Shown here: positions 1-11,672 of the stretch, piece after piece
How the letters are laid out: each line of letters starts with the position of its first letter
Numbering within the stretch: position 1 is the first letter of the stretch
NCBI GenBank assembly: GCA_043228905.1
Contig: JBHGNT010000001.1
Location: 14,322,001-14,386,000 of the forward strand
Source: Azolla caroliniana
Lineage: Eukaryota; Plantae; Polypodiophyta
Length of the DNA stretch: 64,000 bases
Direction of reading: 5' to 3'
Made by a program: the position numbers and the translations under genes
The notes under the pieces: model-generated
Database searches by the model: none
The model's input: only the letters and a program-made list of their open reading frames with translations
What the model was told of the DNA's origin: nothing

Positions 1-68
1 CTAACCTTCAGTATTTTGCTGAAACTGAGTGGGTTTTCTCCCATAAATTGCCCACATTTTCATGGAAA

Positions 69-965
69 TTAAGGCAAGTGGATGACGTTAGAGTCCAGGT
101 CGGACTGGAGCTCACTTAGTGTTATGAGATCCGCCTCCCAAATTGCAACCCCCTCATTGACATTCTGCCGTGGAGGATCAGTTCGAGATTCCGATACCGA
201 TTCCGAGTCGGAATAGGTATCCTGATATTCCTCTAGGTAGGGCGGTGCCGAAGAAGAGGTAGATTGGAGCGCCCCTTCCCCTGATAGGAAAGCTGCCGCC
301 ACTGCGGAAGCGGCGATGGATCGGACCTCCTTTTTGAGCATGCCCAGGTCGGACTTAGATTTTCCTATGTTGACCCTAGAGAGGTAGAGGTTGTTGCTAA
401 AATTGAAACCCTTATAGCGGCCGTGGCAATTGGCAGCACCTCCTCCACGTAGTGCTATCGAGGCCGCTTCGAATGCGCATGCAGCTTGCTCGGCACTTGC
501 GAATGAGCCGAGCCACACTCTGTCACGGCTCCGGGGAAGCCTGATTTCCGAGACCCAGCGACCCCAGGAGCGGCGTCTCACGCCCTTGAAACGTTTGGAA
601 TGGCAGGATGTGGAGGTGATCTGGTGCGATGTGCCCATGATCTCTGCAGGTGTGTAGGGGCTCAGGAGCCATGCATTGGGATTGGGGGTGGGGGTTGGGT
701 GAGATGTGGCCACATTTGATGTGCCAGTGATGGGAGGTGATTTTGCAATGCCAAGTGGCAATGTGGTTGTAGTGATGGGGGTTATCCCCGTCCCCACAGC
801 AATAGGAATGTTGCAAACCTTCGGCAAAAGGGCGGCATTCCGAGGTGATCTGGTGGAGACTCCGGCTGTAGTTGTGGTAGATGGAGATGGAGATGGAGAT
901 GGAGATGGAGATGGACCAAGGGAGGACGTCTCTCTCTTACTAAGGATGCTCTTCTTCACCTTCAT
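69..965 (-). CDS. AP2/ERF transcription factor, DREB A-5/ERF017-like, intronless
   Basis: 298-aa ORF with an AP2 domain (FKGVRRRSWGRWVSEIRLPRSRDRVWLGSFASAEQAACAFEAASIALRG...FNF), an N-terminal (PS)n tract from a GGAGAT repeat and an acidic C-terminus. Confidence 0.9.
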   Translation of the reverse strand: MKVKKSILSKRETSSLGPSPSPSPSPSPSTTTTAGVSTRSPRNAALLPKVCNIPIAVGTGITPITTTTLPLGIAKSPPITGTSNVATSHPTPTPNPNAWLLSPYTPAEIMGTSHQITSTSCHSKRFKGVRRRSWGRWVSEIRLPRSRDRVWLGSFASAEQAACAFEAASIALRGGGAANCHGRYKGFNFSNNLYLSRVNIGKSKSDLGMLKKEVRSIAASAVAAAFLSGEGALQSTSSSAPPYLEEYQDTYSDSESVSESRTDPPRQNVNEGVAIWEADLITLSELQSDLDSNVIHLP

Positions 966-1051
966 CTTAGTGTAGGGCTCTTTTATCGATGGTTGTAAGA
1001 ACTCTATGTACCCTGGGTACTAGGCAGCTTCATATGCTTGTTCAACTTAAA

Positions 1052-1088
<37 letters not shown>
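1052..1088. repeat. (TG)n microsatellite upstream of the AP2/ERF gene
   Basis: Pure TG run. Confidence 0.95.
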
Positions 1089-1089
<1 letters not shown>

Positions 1090-4000
1090 TATTTTGTAAA
1101 GGGACGACAAACTCACACACACATAGATATACATATATAAGTAACTATGCAATTTGCTTGCTTATGTGTAAAAGAGATGTAAAGATAAGAACTCTTCATT
1201 GCAATTTGCGTCGGTTGTACTGATATTGCAATTGCAATTTGCATGTTTGCTTTCATGAACTTTCCCAAACTGTTCCCACCCTTTCCTTTTCACACCATTG
1301 ATGATTAGGGAATGAATGACCAATGTGTTTATGCTTGTTAGATAAGGTTTGTTATGTTGACCCCCACTTGTCAATCAATGTACCAAGAAGAGATAAAACC
1401 CAAGCAACAAACATCAAGATCTGACGTATTGGATTTAATCCAAAATTTAGACATCCTACTTACATAGGCACGCGTATCGTTATAAAAGATCTCTCATTCT
1501 ATCCATGTAGTTGACGATCCACATCTAGTTGCACATAGAATATAATGACATTGTGATAATCTAGAAACAAGTGACAAACGTCCACTTGCACATAAAATAT
1601 AGTAAAATTGTGAGACTTGTAAGAAACAAATTGTGACCAAAGAGTGACACGTGTTTTTAATGAAAAGACCTAAAATATGCAATACAATATTCTCGTCATT
1701 ACTATGGCGACACTGTACACATGCTCAAAATTTTATAATGGTATGTATCTTCACGACAATTACGCTTATAATGCTTTTTATCTCCTAAAATATCGAATTA
1801 GGTAAAACATTTCTAATTGAATCACGATTCTACAATTAACACCACCTAAAAACTAATATTATACCTCATTAAAATGCTAGGAAAACATTTGAACATCCAA
1901 TATTCATTTCTAGATTCATATCATTTCCCATCTATCATTCAAACATGTGAAGGATTCATATGTTAAGTTCATTGAAACAAAAGTCACTTCTAGAAGCACC
2001 TAAAGTTCTAATATGCATTAGTCCTTCCAAGTGAATTGTAAAAGGAAGGAATAGAATGGCTCCAACATACTCGTTGCAAAACATGTGTATGGAATGCTTT
2101 ACAGAATGGAGTGACAATGCCCATTAATCGACTATAGCTGAGAAGATAGATAAGATTGTGCAACAAAGATTGGCCCCTAAATTCCATAGGTTCACCTTTT
2201 TCTAACAACTAGTAAACTATCATACAATTGTAATATGAGAAATTATATTCGAGATGTGGCATTCCAATCATTTATGATACTTGAACTTGCAAAACTTGTC
2301 TCATGAGAGAAAAAGTAGATTGTCTCATGGAATGCTTTCAAAAGTTGGTTTCGCGCAAAACATGTTGAGTCAATAAGTCTTCTCGTTGGTGATCTAACAC
2401 CGCATCTCATATCAAAGAAGTTGTGAGCTAAGTTGTTGTATGTGTTAACATTTGCGTAGAAAAGTAGAGAACGTACAGATAAATATTGAAGAAAGTACAA
2501 AATGGAGAAGACAAATATTTATAATTCTATTTTCAATGGGTTATGATGGGTGTCCCCAACACTAGCAATCAACTTTAGCATTTGTTGACGGTGTTAGAAA
2601 ATGTTGTTATGTAACTTGAACTAAGAGCTTGATTACTTAGCTTTATTGCACCTAACAAATTATTAAAAGGTCTTTAACAACAAATGTAAGTAACATGTAA
2701 TTAAGTCTAAAGACACACCATACCAACCAAGTTAATGAGACACCAAACATACTACAAGCACTTCAACACAAGGTGGCATTAATGCTAGGCTCTTTTTGTG
2801 AAAATTTTGACATTAAACGTCAAACATTGCTTGAAATTCTTAAGAGTCCTTTTTAGACTAAAAGGAGACAAAATGTCATAGTGCTAAACTCCATGTGTCG
2901 TAAGTAGACAAAAAAACCCATGAGGTTTAGGGTGACTCAAACCCATAACCTCCTAAGAGAGGGCACTTAAAAATTAGCCATTAAACTATTCATATTGGAT
3001 ATAAAAATGTTTTTATGATTAAATTTATTATAACTTTGAGATTATGACCATATAAATATCCAAAGGGTGCTATGACCCTACAATATTCCAAAGGGTATCA
3101 TCCCCCTCAAGAATCTTTTTTCTTTCTTTCTTTTTTCCTCAAGAATCCTACCAAGTGTTATCATTGCCATAGAGTCGGTGAGCAAGCAAGAGTATGTCTG
3201 AGTCATATTTGAGCTAGAGCTTCTCATAAATAAGTTCATGTTGTTAGAGCAAGAGAATCAATGATTGCTTGGCGATTTGCAACAAGTAGGCATAGAAAAG
3301 GCACAACAATGTGATGATTTATCAACACGTGTATTCCAACTCAAAACAACGTTGTAGTTTCTTCATCAACAAGCGTCAATGCAATAAAGCTCTCCCAAAG
3401 AACCAAATATTTCTTCAATCACAGTTTCGAGGATTTCTAAACCCAGAACATCTCACAATTCATATGCATGCTAACAAATATCCAACCAATATAGCTCAAG
3501 TCCGATTACTCAGAACTCTCTTGACAAGGGTAGCATTAGTGTGGTTTGCACCATTACTAGAGAAGAAATCTCCTCTTCTCCGAGACTTTGAAGGTTTCAT
3601 CAAAGAATTTCAAGCAAACTTTGGAGACACTAAATTTAGTGTTCGAATGACGATTAACAAAATTCAAAGGTTGTGTCAAGGGGATCGTCTTACCTTAGCG
3701 TACGTTGTAGATTTATGCCTCCTAGCTTGTGATATTCCGTGGGATGAAGAAGCATTAATGGATCAATTCCAGTATGGACTACAAAATGATGTAAGGGATT
3801 TGTTATTAACTTTCCATAAAGATCCAAGATCACTTACAAAAGTGATAAGTTGTGCAGTGCAGTGTGATAGTTGCTTATTCGAGTGACGTTAAGTGCGTCA
3901 ACTAATCTCAAGTCCAAGAATAGATCAAACATATGCTTTGGTAGTAGCCTTGACACCTATGAGAGCTGCCCAAACTTCACACATGATTCCATTAAGTGGT

Positions 4001-5583
4001 TCAAGACCGATGGAGATCGACGTAACACGTCATCGAGGGCTTTGGTCTGATTGTTTGATAGTCCATGTCACATTGCAATCACCTTACCACAAGCCAAAAT
4101 GACAAGTAAATCAAGTAAGTACTAGTGATAAATTTGATTTCAATTCCCTAGTTACATCATCTAGCCCTAGTAATCCCACATGTCTAGGTCAGTCTAATAG
4201 TTTCGTAGTTTTGAGTCAGGTTGATGAAATATTAAAAGAATTTAAGTCGAGCCAAAATCGAAGCCATTTGGTTGGACAACCCAGAATACGTAAAGTCATC
4301 CCCAAGTATTGGCTCCATTTTATTGAATCATGTTAGTAGCGTTTTTCCAGCATAAGTTGAGCTTAAAACTTTGAGGTGTCGTCAATTTCTTGCCTTTGCT
4401 CACTTAGATTCAGGAGCCAACTCTTGTTTTCTAGACCAAGAATTTGCTTTAACCTAGAAAATCCTATTAATTAACCTCCCTTGTCTTGCAACTGCTATAA
4501 TCATTGATGATCACTCTATTACATCTACAAACATGGTTGAAGAATTTGAGCCAATCCGAGTAATCTTAGGTAACTTGTCTTGTGTGATTTCCTTCAATAT
4601 AATTAGTAGTCCTAAGCATCCAGTTACTTGGGTTGCCTTGGTTTAAACTTCATAATCCTGAAATTGATTTGAGAAAATTACAAAAATGAGCAATCAATGA
4701 TTTCTAACGAGAACCTAAATCAACTTCCTTGTTGCTACGAACAAAGATTCAAAGCCTCACCAAATTTCAACCATCTCTCTACAAAGGTTACAAGAAGACG
4801 GATGAAAAAATGTTATGTTTGTATTTGTAGTGACAACAACTCTATCCTCTAGTTCACAAGGATCGAATGCCCTCGTCCCTACTGATTACCTAGAATTCAA
4901 AGATGTCTTCAACAAGGGTAAAGCTAGTACTCTCTCAAATCATCACCCTTATGATTGTCCTATCAATCTACAACCTAGAAAGGAGCCACTATGGGGGCCA
5001 ATATATAATGTATCACCTTCCGAGTTGAAGGCCCTCCAAGAGTATATAGATGAGCACTTGACAAATGTATTCATTTGACATTCTGTAAAACCTTTTGGTG
5101 CACCCATCTTCTTTGTCAAAAAGAAAGATGGGTCTCTAGGAGTGGCTATAGACTATTGATGAGGTTTAAACAAAATCATGGTTCAAAACAGATATGTTCT
5201 ACCATTCATATTGTCGCACGTTCGTGTTCACAAGTGGAAGGATCACGCAAAAATGGAAAGATAAGGAATATTCTGTTTGATTTTGGGGTTTATATATCCA
5301 TTTCACAAAACACAATGATACCAGTATCACACGTTCTCAAAAATTCATTGGAAAAGCTTTAAAATCCACAATTTCATAAAGTTGGAAAGTCATAAAATTT
5401 AGGCTCTGATCCAAAAGTTACGATGTGTATTTTCTCAAAAAAACAACAAGTAATGTTTTTGTTAACAAACAATCTTCATATGAAGCAACAGATTTCAAAA
5501 CATAACCTTTACAAACAGAATTTGATTACAATTTGATACCAAAATTGCATTCAAGAGTTTAGGGTTTACTCAAATCACTCCTT

Positions 5584-5960
5584 TCATGATCTAGAATCAT
5601 TACTATAGCTAATATACAAGGTTGATTGTTCCTCGTCATCTTCAGATGTACCTATTAAAGCATTGTCTTCATTTGAAACCTGATGACGTGATTCTAAATT
5701 ATGTGTTGATGACCTTATAGACTGCATTTGATTTTGGTTATCCTGCATCACCACATCCAAAACTGTACGAATCCAAAATTGGTGCCCTAGCTCATTATCA
5801 TCAATAGGTGTCTCAATTAACGTTCCCATCTTGAGTTCTTGCAAGTTTCCTTGACACCTAGCTTCAGCTACTTTTGTCCTCCTTGATCCAACATAAATGT
5901 CTCTTTGTTGTGGATGGAGCAAGTTGTCATTAATCGTATTAGGTGTAGGAAGAGGAGTTT
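5584..5960 (-). pseudogene. Remnant of a probable transposon protein C-terminus
   Basis: DIYVGSRR...LKMGTLI...DDNELGHQFWIRTVLDV. The G-x-x-FW-I-x-x-V pattern resembles C-terminal domains of non-seed-plant DNA transposon proteins (from memory, unverified). Confidence 0.35.
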
Positions 5961-6522
5961 GAGAATCACGAGGGTGTTGTTTACATCACATAAAGGGGAT
6001 TTGCATGGTCCAACTACTGACAATACAATTATCAACAATTTCTTCTTGTTCTCTAGCATTAGTGCACATGCTAAACTAACATATTAATTTGTAATAAGTA
6101 AAAAAGAAAACTAACTATAGTTATGCTTAACTAACCTTACTTAACTAACCTATTAATTAGTAACAAGTAAAAAAGAAACTAAACCTGTTGAGCAAAAGGA
6201 CATCTAGGACCGACTCCAGGTAAACGTAAACCCTAAAATGTACGGACATTTTGTTTCTAAATGAGTAATTGTAAGGCAAGGCATTAACTTGATACAATTA
6301 TAGAGTTTGGATTGTAACTTGATACATTGCATTGAATTTAAAGCCCCATGATCCCCAACTTGATAAATGTATCAAGTTGGAAAGTCAACTTGATACATTG
6401 TATGTAGTTGACCTTCCAACTCGAACGTTTATCCATTGTATCAACTACACCTCGATACATGTGTCAAGTTGGTGCACCTAGCAGCCTCAACTCAATACAT
6501 TGTATAGAGTTGACCTTCCAAC

Positions 6523-7016
6523 TGTCAAATTCTAGACTTGAACCTCTAACTTTTAACACACACAGTACATTGTGTTGTGTTAACCATATGGAAACTCTTG
6601 TGAACTGTCCACATTCGATTGTGAACTTGTATATATTCTAGAGTCTAGTGTTAGAATATTCTAGTTGTTAGTATATTCTAGAATTATTCTACACGGTGTA
6701 TTCTAAATGGGTATATTCTCAAGATATTTCTTGAGTATATTCTAGAGATATTCAATCTCGTAAATTGTATAAATACTTGTAACATCCTTGGTCCCTTTCA
6801 AGGGATTCAACACCAGTCATTGACACATCAATCTAGTATTCTTGTTTCATGCTCTTGTGCCATTCCTCTTAGCCATGTCATCGGCGCCCTATCGTAGTTT
6901 GTTCTAGTGTCTTAAGTTCCTCGCATCATCGTCTCGAGTTTTTCGCCTTGTCACATCTAGTTCGTAGCCCCATCATCCATCCTCGGTTAGAGTCTACGGT
7001 TGGTGTGTTTATGACA
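6523..7016 (+). mobile_element. Solo LTR (Tcn1-like family)
   Basis: TGTCA...TGACA termini, 5-bp TSD CCAAC (6518-6522/7017-7021), internal TATAAATA; homologous to the LTR at 11472-11672 + 16685-17008 (-). Confidence 0.85.
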
Positions 7017-7021
7017 CCAAC

Positions 7022-7734
7022 TAGCAATGGGCCTAGTTTCAGCTCAAACCGAACCGAACCGAAAAACCGTGGCTTAACAGTTTATAGGTTCAAAGATAAA
7101 TAAACGGTTTGGTTTGGTTTAAAATGTTAATAATCGGTTTCGGTTCAGTTTTGAATTTACCGGTTTATCAGCTTATCGTCTTATTAGTTTCTGTTTATGT
7201 GGTTCAGTTTAAAGGTTTATAGGTTAAAAAATAGTCATAAATATTTTTTATAGGCTCTAACTTTTAACTTTTAATTTTAAACTCTTGTTTTAACTTATTA
7301 AATTTTATATGTATTATATGTAGAGTCTCCTTTTCATTTATGATAAGTATGATGATCAAATTTATGATAAGTATAATGATCAAATTTATGATACGTATAA
7401 TGATCAAATTATGATATGTATGATCACAAAATTTATGATGAGTATGATCACAAAATTTATGATCATTTATAATAAGTATGATGATTAATATCAATAAAAA
7501 ATGGTTTGGTTTGGTTTGGTTTTGATTTATAATAAACTGGTTTGGTTTGGTTTTAAATTTTTCATAAACGGTTTGGTTTCTCCTATTCTTTAAATGGTTT
7601 GGTTTAATGGCTCGGCTCTAAACGGTTCAGTTTAAATGGCTTCATAAATTTTAAAACAATTTGGTTCGGTTTTATTATTAATAAATGGTTTGGTTTCAAT
7701 GCCAAGAAACCGAACCAAACCGGGCCCATTGCTA
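7022..7734. mobile_element. hAT-type MITE
   Basis: 12-bp TIR TAGCAATGGGCC/GGCCCATTGCTA, 8-bp TSD ACACCAAC, subterminal AAACC(G)/GGTTT repeats and an internal AT-rich ~24-bp tandem repeat. Confidence 0.9.
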
Positions 7735-8649
7735 ACACCAACTGGATACAATTTATCGAGTTTAGGCTCCTAGGTGCACCAACTCGATACGATATATCGA
7801 GTTGAAGTCCCAAGAACCTGAACTCGATATATTGTATCCAGATGGAAGGTCAACTTGATACAATGTATTGAGTTGACTTTCCAACTCGATACAATGTAGC
7901 GAGTTGACCTTCCAACTTGATACAATGTACCGAGTTGGAGTTCTAACTCAATACAATGTGATGAGTAGGAGTCCCAACTCACTACATTGTATCGAGTTGA
8001 GGTTCATGGAACTTCAACTCGATACAACGAATCGAGTTGTAGTCCAAAGTCCATACGTTATAATGAGTTGAGGCTCCTAGGTGCACCAACTCGGTACAAT
8101 GTATCGAGTTTCCATTGCATATGAGCTACTCTCTATATAATGTATGGAAGTGAGTTATTCATGAACAAGACCAAGGGTTCTGTAGTCTTTAGTTGTATTT
8201 AACTACCAAAAAATGCTAAAATTAGTCTCAACAAGCTAATTTAAATAGAAACTTTAGAACTCAAAATGGGATATTTTAGATAGGTTTGTGATTCACAGGT
8301 GATGCTAAAGTATAGGTTTTATGGCCTTTTATCTTTGAAGGCCAAAGTAATAACTTGAACCTTAGAGTAACGTTGATGTTTCTATTAGTTTAATATTAGG
8401 TCTATCGAGCCTTAGGATGAGAGACCAATTAAAAAAATTCGAAACAAATATCAGAGCTCACCCATTGAGACCACCCAAATCCCTGTCATCACCTATTCCC
8501 AAAAAGGAAAAAAACTATTATTTGATGATGATATTGTTGGGCATCCTTTTGACAAGGTCAGTTAGAAGAAAATTGTGGCTACAGTAGGAGGGAAACCCTT
8601 GCAGATAGAGATATGACCGACTATGAGTGGGCCATGACTATGAGTGGCA

Positions 8650-8925
8650 CTTGTCAATCCCTATTAGAAGCCTCAACGTCTGAAGATGCACCTGGTGGAA
8701 ATGTTCTCTAATGAAGATGATTGGATATTAGATTTGTTTTCAATTCATTGTCCCAATTGCTTGATGAAACAAATTGTATTGTTGAACTGTTATGTGAATC
8801 ATTCCTATTTTTAAATCGATGATAGGTATTACATCTACGTGTGTGTTGGAACTTTTCCACAATTCTATTGCATTGGAGAAGGATGAGGAGCAGGAAATCT
8901 TCATAAATATGAGGCTATGGGAATG
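8650..8925 (+). pseudogene. C-terminal (SAM-binding) half of a beta-class N4C/N6A DNA methyltransferase, split by a probable intron
   Basis: LVNPY*KPQRLKMHLVEMFSNEDDWILDLFS (8650-8742), ~83 bp ending in AG (8824-8825), then GITSTCVLELFHNSIALEKDEEQEIFINMRL. Matches the hPxqKP..L..Li...s..gd.vLD.F.GsGTt..a....r..i.iE.d pattern. Confidence 0.65.
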
Positions 8926-11672
8926 CCCTAATCAAGACGAGGAGGTAGGGATGAAACATATAGCAAATACAAAATGTTTTCAACCTACCTCCCGTGAGCT
9001 CATCCGTCCACTAGTTGGTGAACCGAGGAGCTTATAGATCTTGAAGATGAGCTATTAGAGAACCCCACGGTAACCAGTCTATCTAGAGTGGATATCAATG
9101 CACAAAATATCGAGGATAGTTCACAAGGAAGACGAAGACAATGATGTAGATACCCTCATAGCTATGTAAACCATTTTTATCTCGATACAATTGATGTAGT
9201 TGTCACAAACGTGTTGCTTTTAATTAAATATTTACTTTTTTTAAGGTTTTATCTTATCAATGTGGTCCTATAGATGTTTGTTGTAATGTTTCAATTATTT
9301 GTATTATATGGTGTTTAATGTTTGAATTATTTGGTTGATGTGCTTTTTTTTGTTGCACGATCTTATTATTAATTGTAGATTATGTTTTGGTCTATATTCA
9401 TTCTTTATAGCATTAGTCTATCTACATCCATTGCAACATTTATTTATTTATACAGTGTATAATGTTCGAATTATATGTATATGTGCTTTATCTTTGTCGC
9501 ACAAGCTGATTATTATTTGCAAATGAGTGTATATTCATTCATTAGAGCATTAATCTATATGCATCTGCTAAAAATTTATTCCATATTCATCAATGAAACA
9601 TTGCTTCATATTTATCCACCAATTGGGTGTATAATCCCTAAACACATTTTGTTTACTGTCAGTCACATTTTGAATTAAAGCATACTTTTATAAACACTTA
9701 AAACTTTACAATTTTATTTTCTTTCTTATTTTGAAATATTGCCAGTAGTTGGATTTAAATATAGATTAATAGCCATGTGTCCATTTAGGGTTTCCAATTA
9801 ATGATCCATGGTTGTAGGTGTTCTCATTCCTTGGTATGTATAGCTATTTAAGGGTGTTCTTCAAATATCATGAGTACTCCTTTGTATGTTTGGGTGTGCC
9901 CTCTTGCTTTAGGGTTTATGGGTGTCTCTTTCTATACACGTTTCTTATTCACTGTTGACAATTGAATGTCATCTCTATTTTGGCTCCCAATTATTTAGCA
10001 TGTTTATGGCTAAATAGGTGTCATACATGTTTGAGTGTATCTATTTTATGATAAACACAACCAAAATGAATATTTCTCAATACTTATATGTATAATTTGC
10101 TTGGGTTCTCACAAACATATACCTTTGGTATTATATCCTACAAGATCCATTAAGGATAAATTTGAATCAACTGTAATCACTAATGAATGGATCCATAGAT
10201 AAATTTCGAATACACGGTTATGCCTTTCGGTCTCACAAATGTGTGCATAGTTTTTTCAATACACGACAAATGATATTTTCTGTAACTTCTTGGATACATT
10301 CACCATAGTATATCTTGATGAGATCTTGATCTACTCCAAGACTCAAGAAGAGCATCACATACACATCCGTCAAGTCCTCCAATGCTTGTGGAAATATGGG
10401 CAGAAATGTAATTTTCATCGTAACTATGTGGAATTTCAAAGGTATGTGGTTTCACAACAAGGTATATCTATGGATCCATTCAAGGTTCAGAACATTCAAA
10501 ATTAGCAATCACCACGTTTAGTGTGTGATGTTCAAGTCAAGATGGGTTTCGAACCCACGACTTTGTCTATGTCATCAACTAGTCTAGCCGATAAATCAAA
10601 CATAGAATCATGATATAAACACCAATACATATAGGTTCAATATCTCTTTTTGATGTTCCAGAAAGTTATGGAACTTTCTAGAAGCTCCTACATGAAAATC
10701 CCTCTGCTTGCATGCAGAACTCCTGGAATTGTATAAATACAGGGGTTCACCTTGATCCCAATCAAGGTGAATAACGCCAGTTACCGAATCAAATATTCAA
10801 CTTCATCTAACTTCCTTCTACTTCTTGCTCATCTCTCAGTATTTTGTCTTCTTCTTCTTACTCATCTCTCAGTATCCTGTCTTCTGCCCTAGCTCTGCTC
10901 TACTTTTCTCTTGCCTAGCTCTGTTATGTTCTACCTTGCTCTACCCTTCCGTGACAGTTTGTTCACCTTCACATTTTCTAAACCTTAGCATCTCACATCT
11001 TACCAAGAGAATAAATCAACTCATGGAAGCCGTGCATCAACTTCAACTTGAGAATGACAACCTTTGGGAATCATTACAGAAGCTTCAAGTTGAAACACCA
11101 ATGGAACTCGAGGAAGAAAAGAACAACTCTCCTCCTGCATCAAGAAATGTTCTACCTGTAGAGCCTAGTCCCTCGTCCACCCTTTCTCCAACTCCTCTCC
11201 ATCCCACTACAGGTATGGAGCCCAAGATTAGTTTACCTGACAAGTTCAATGGCACGAGGAGGCACTTCCAAGGGTTCATAAATCAGATCAAGCTTATTAT
11301 CCAACTACAACCCTAGCGGTATGCGGATGATTTTCGTCAAGTTGGTCTCATTGGGACCCTTCTGTCAGGAGCTGCACAAGCCTAGTTTGCATCGTTGGTC
11401 GAAATGTAATCACCACTTCTACAAAATTTTCCTACCTTTCTTACAGGGTTCGAGGCAACATTTGGGGATATTGTCATGGACACACCAACCATGGACTATG
11501 ACGGATCTTGGATGACGAGGCTACGACCAATAAGTGGAACCGGAAGTGACAAGGCTAGAAACTCTAGAAGTTGTGGGCGACAAGACTATGAACATAGGAA
11601 GCTAGGGTTAAATGGAGAGCATGAAGAAAAATATGAAGATCAAGGAGACAATCTGGCATGAAAGGAGAATAT

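Larger units (their letters stand above)
6286..8110. repeat. Array of ~18-19 degenerate 23-bp palindromes (AACTCGATAC-AAT/ATT-GTATCGAGTT) with 8-bp and 17-18-bp spacers, split by later insertions at 6523-7734
   Basis: Copies at about 6286, 6316, 6357, 6387, 6449, 6489, 7740, 7781, 7821, 7852, 7883, 7914, 7945, 7976, 8016 and 8088, plus a few partial copies. Confidence 0.85.
5211..10200. mobile_element. ~5-kb insert in the RT of element A, probably a decayed DNA transposon carrying two divergent gene remnants and a palindrome array
   Basis: Interrupts a continuous RT reading and contains ORF remnants at 5584-5960 (-) and 8400-9140 (+). No TIR or TSD found, so the ends are approximate. Confidence 0.45.
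2919..10534 (+). mobile_element. Degenerate Tcn1-like Ty3/gypsy element A (5' LTR ~2919-3163, gag, PR, RT), interrupted at ~5211-10200 and at ~10535
   Basis: Gag (WFAPLLEKKSPLL..FGDT, MEID), protease region ~4400 (LDSGANSCF), RT start (HHPYDCPINLQP..WGPIY). RT resumes at ~10203 (FEYTVMPFGLTN..IVYLDEILIYS). Many stops and frameshifts; LTR boundaries approximate. Confidence 0.75.

Noticed and set aside
1400-2900. Possible decayed DNA-transposon coding fragments
   Set aside because: No recognisable motif, TIR or TSD
6286-8110. CRISPR-like look of the palindrome-spacer array
   Set aside because: Spacers are only 8-18 bp and recur rather than being unique, there are no cas genes, and the context is eukaryotic
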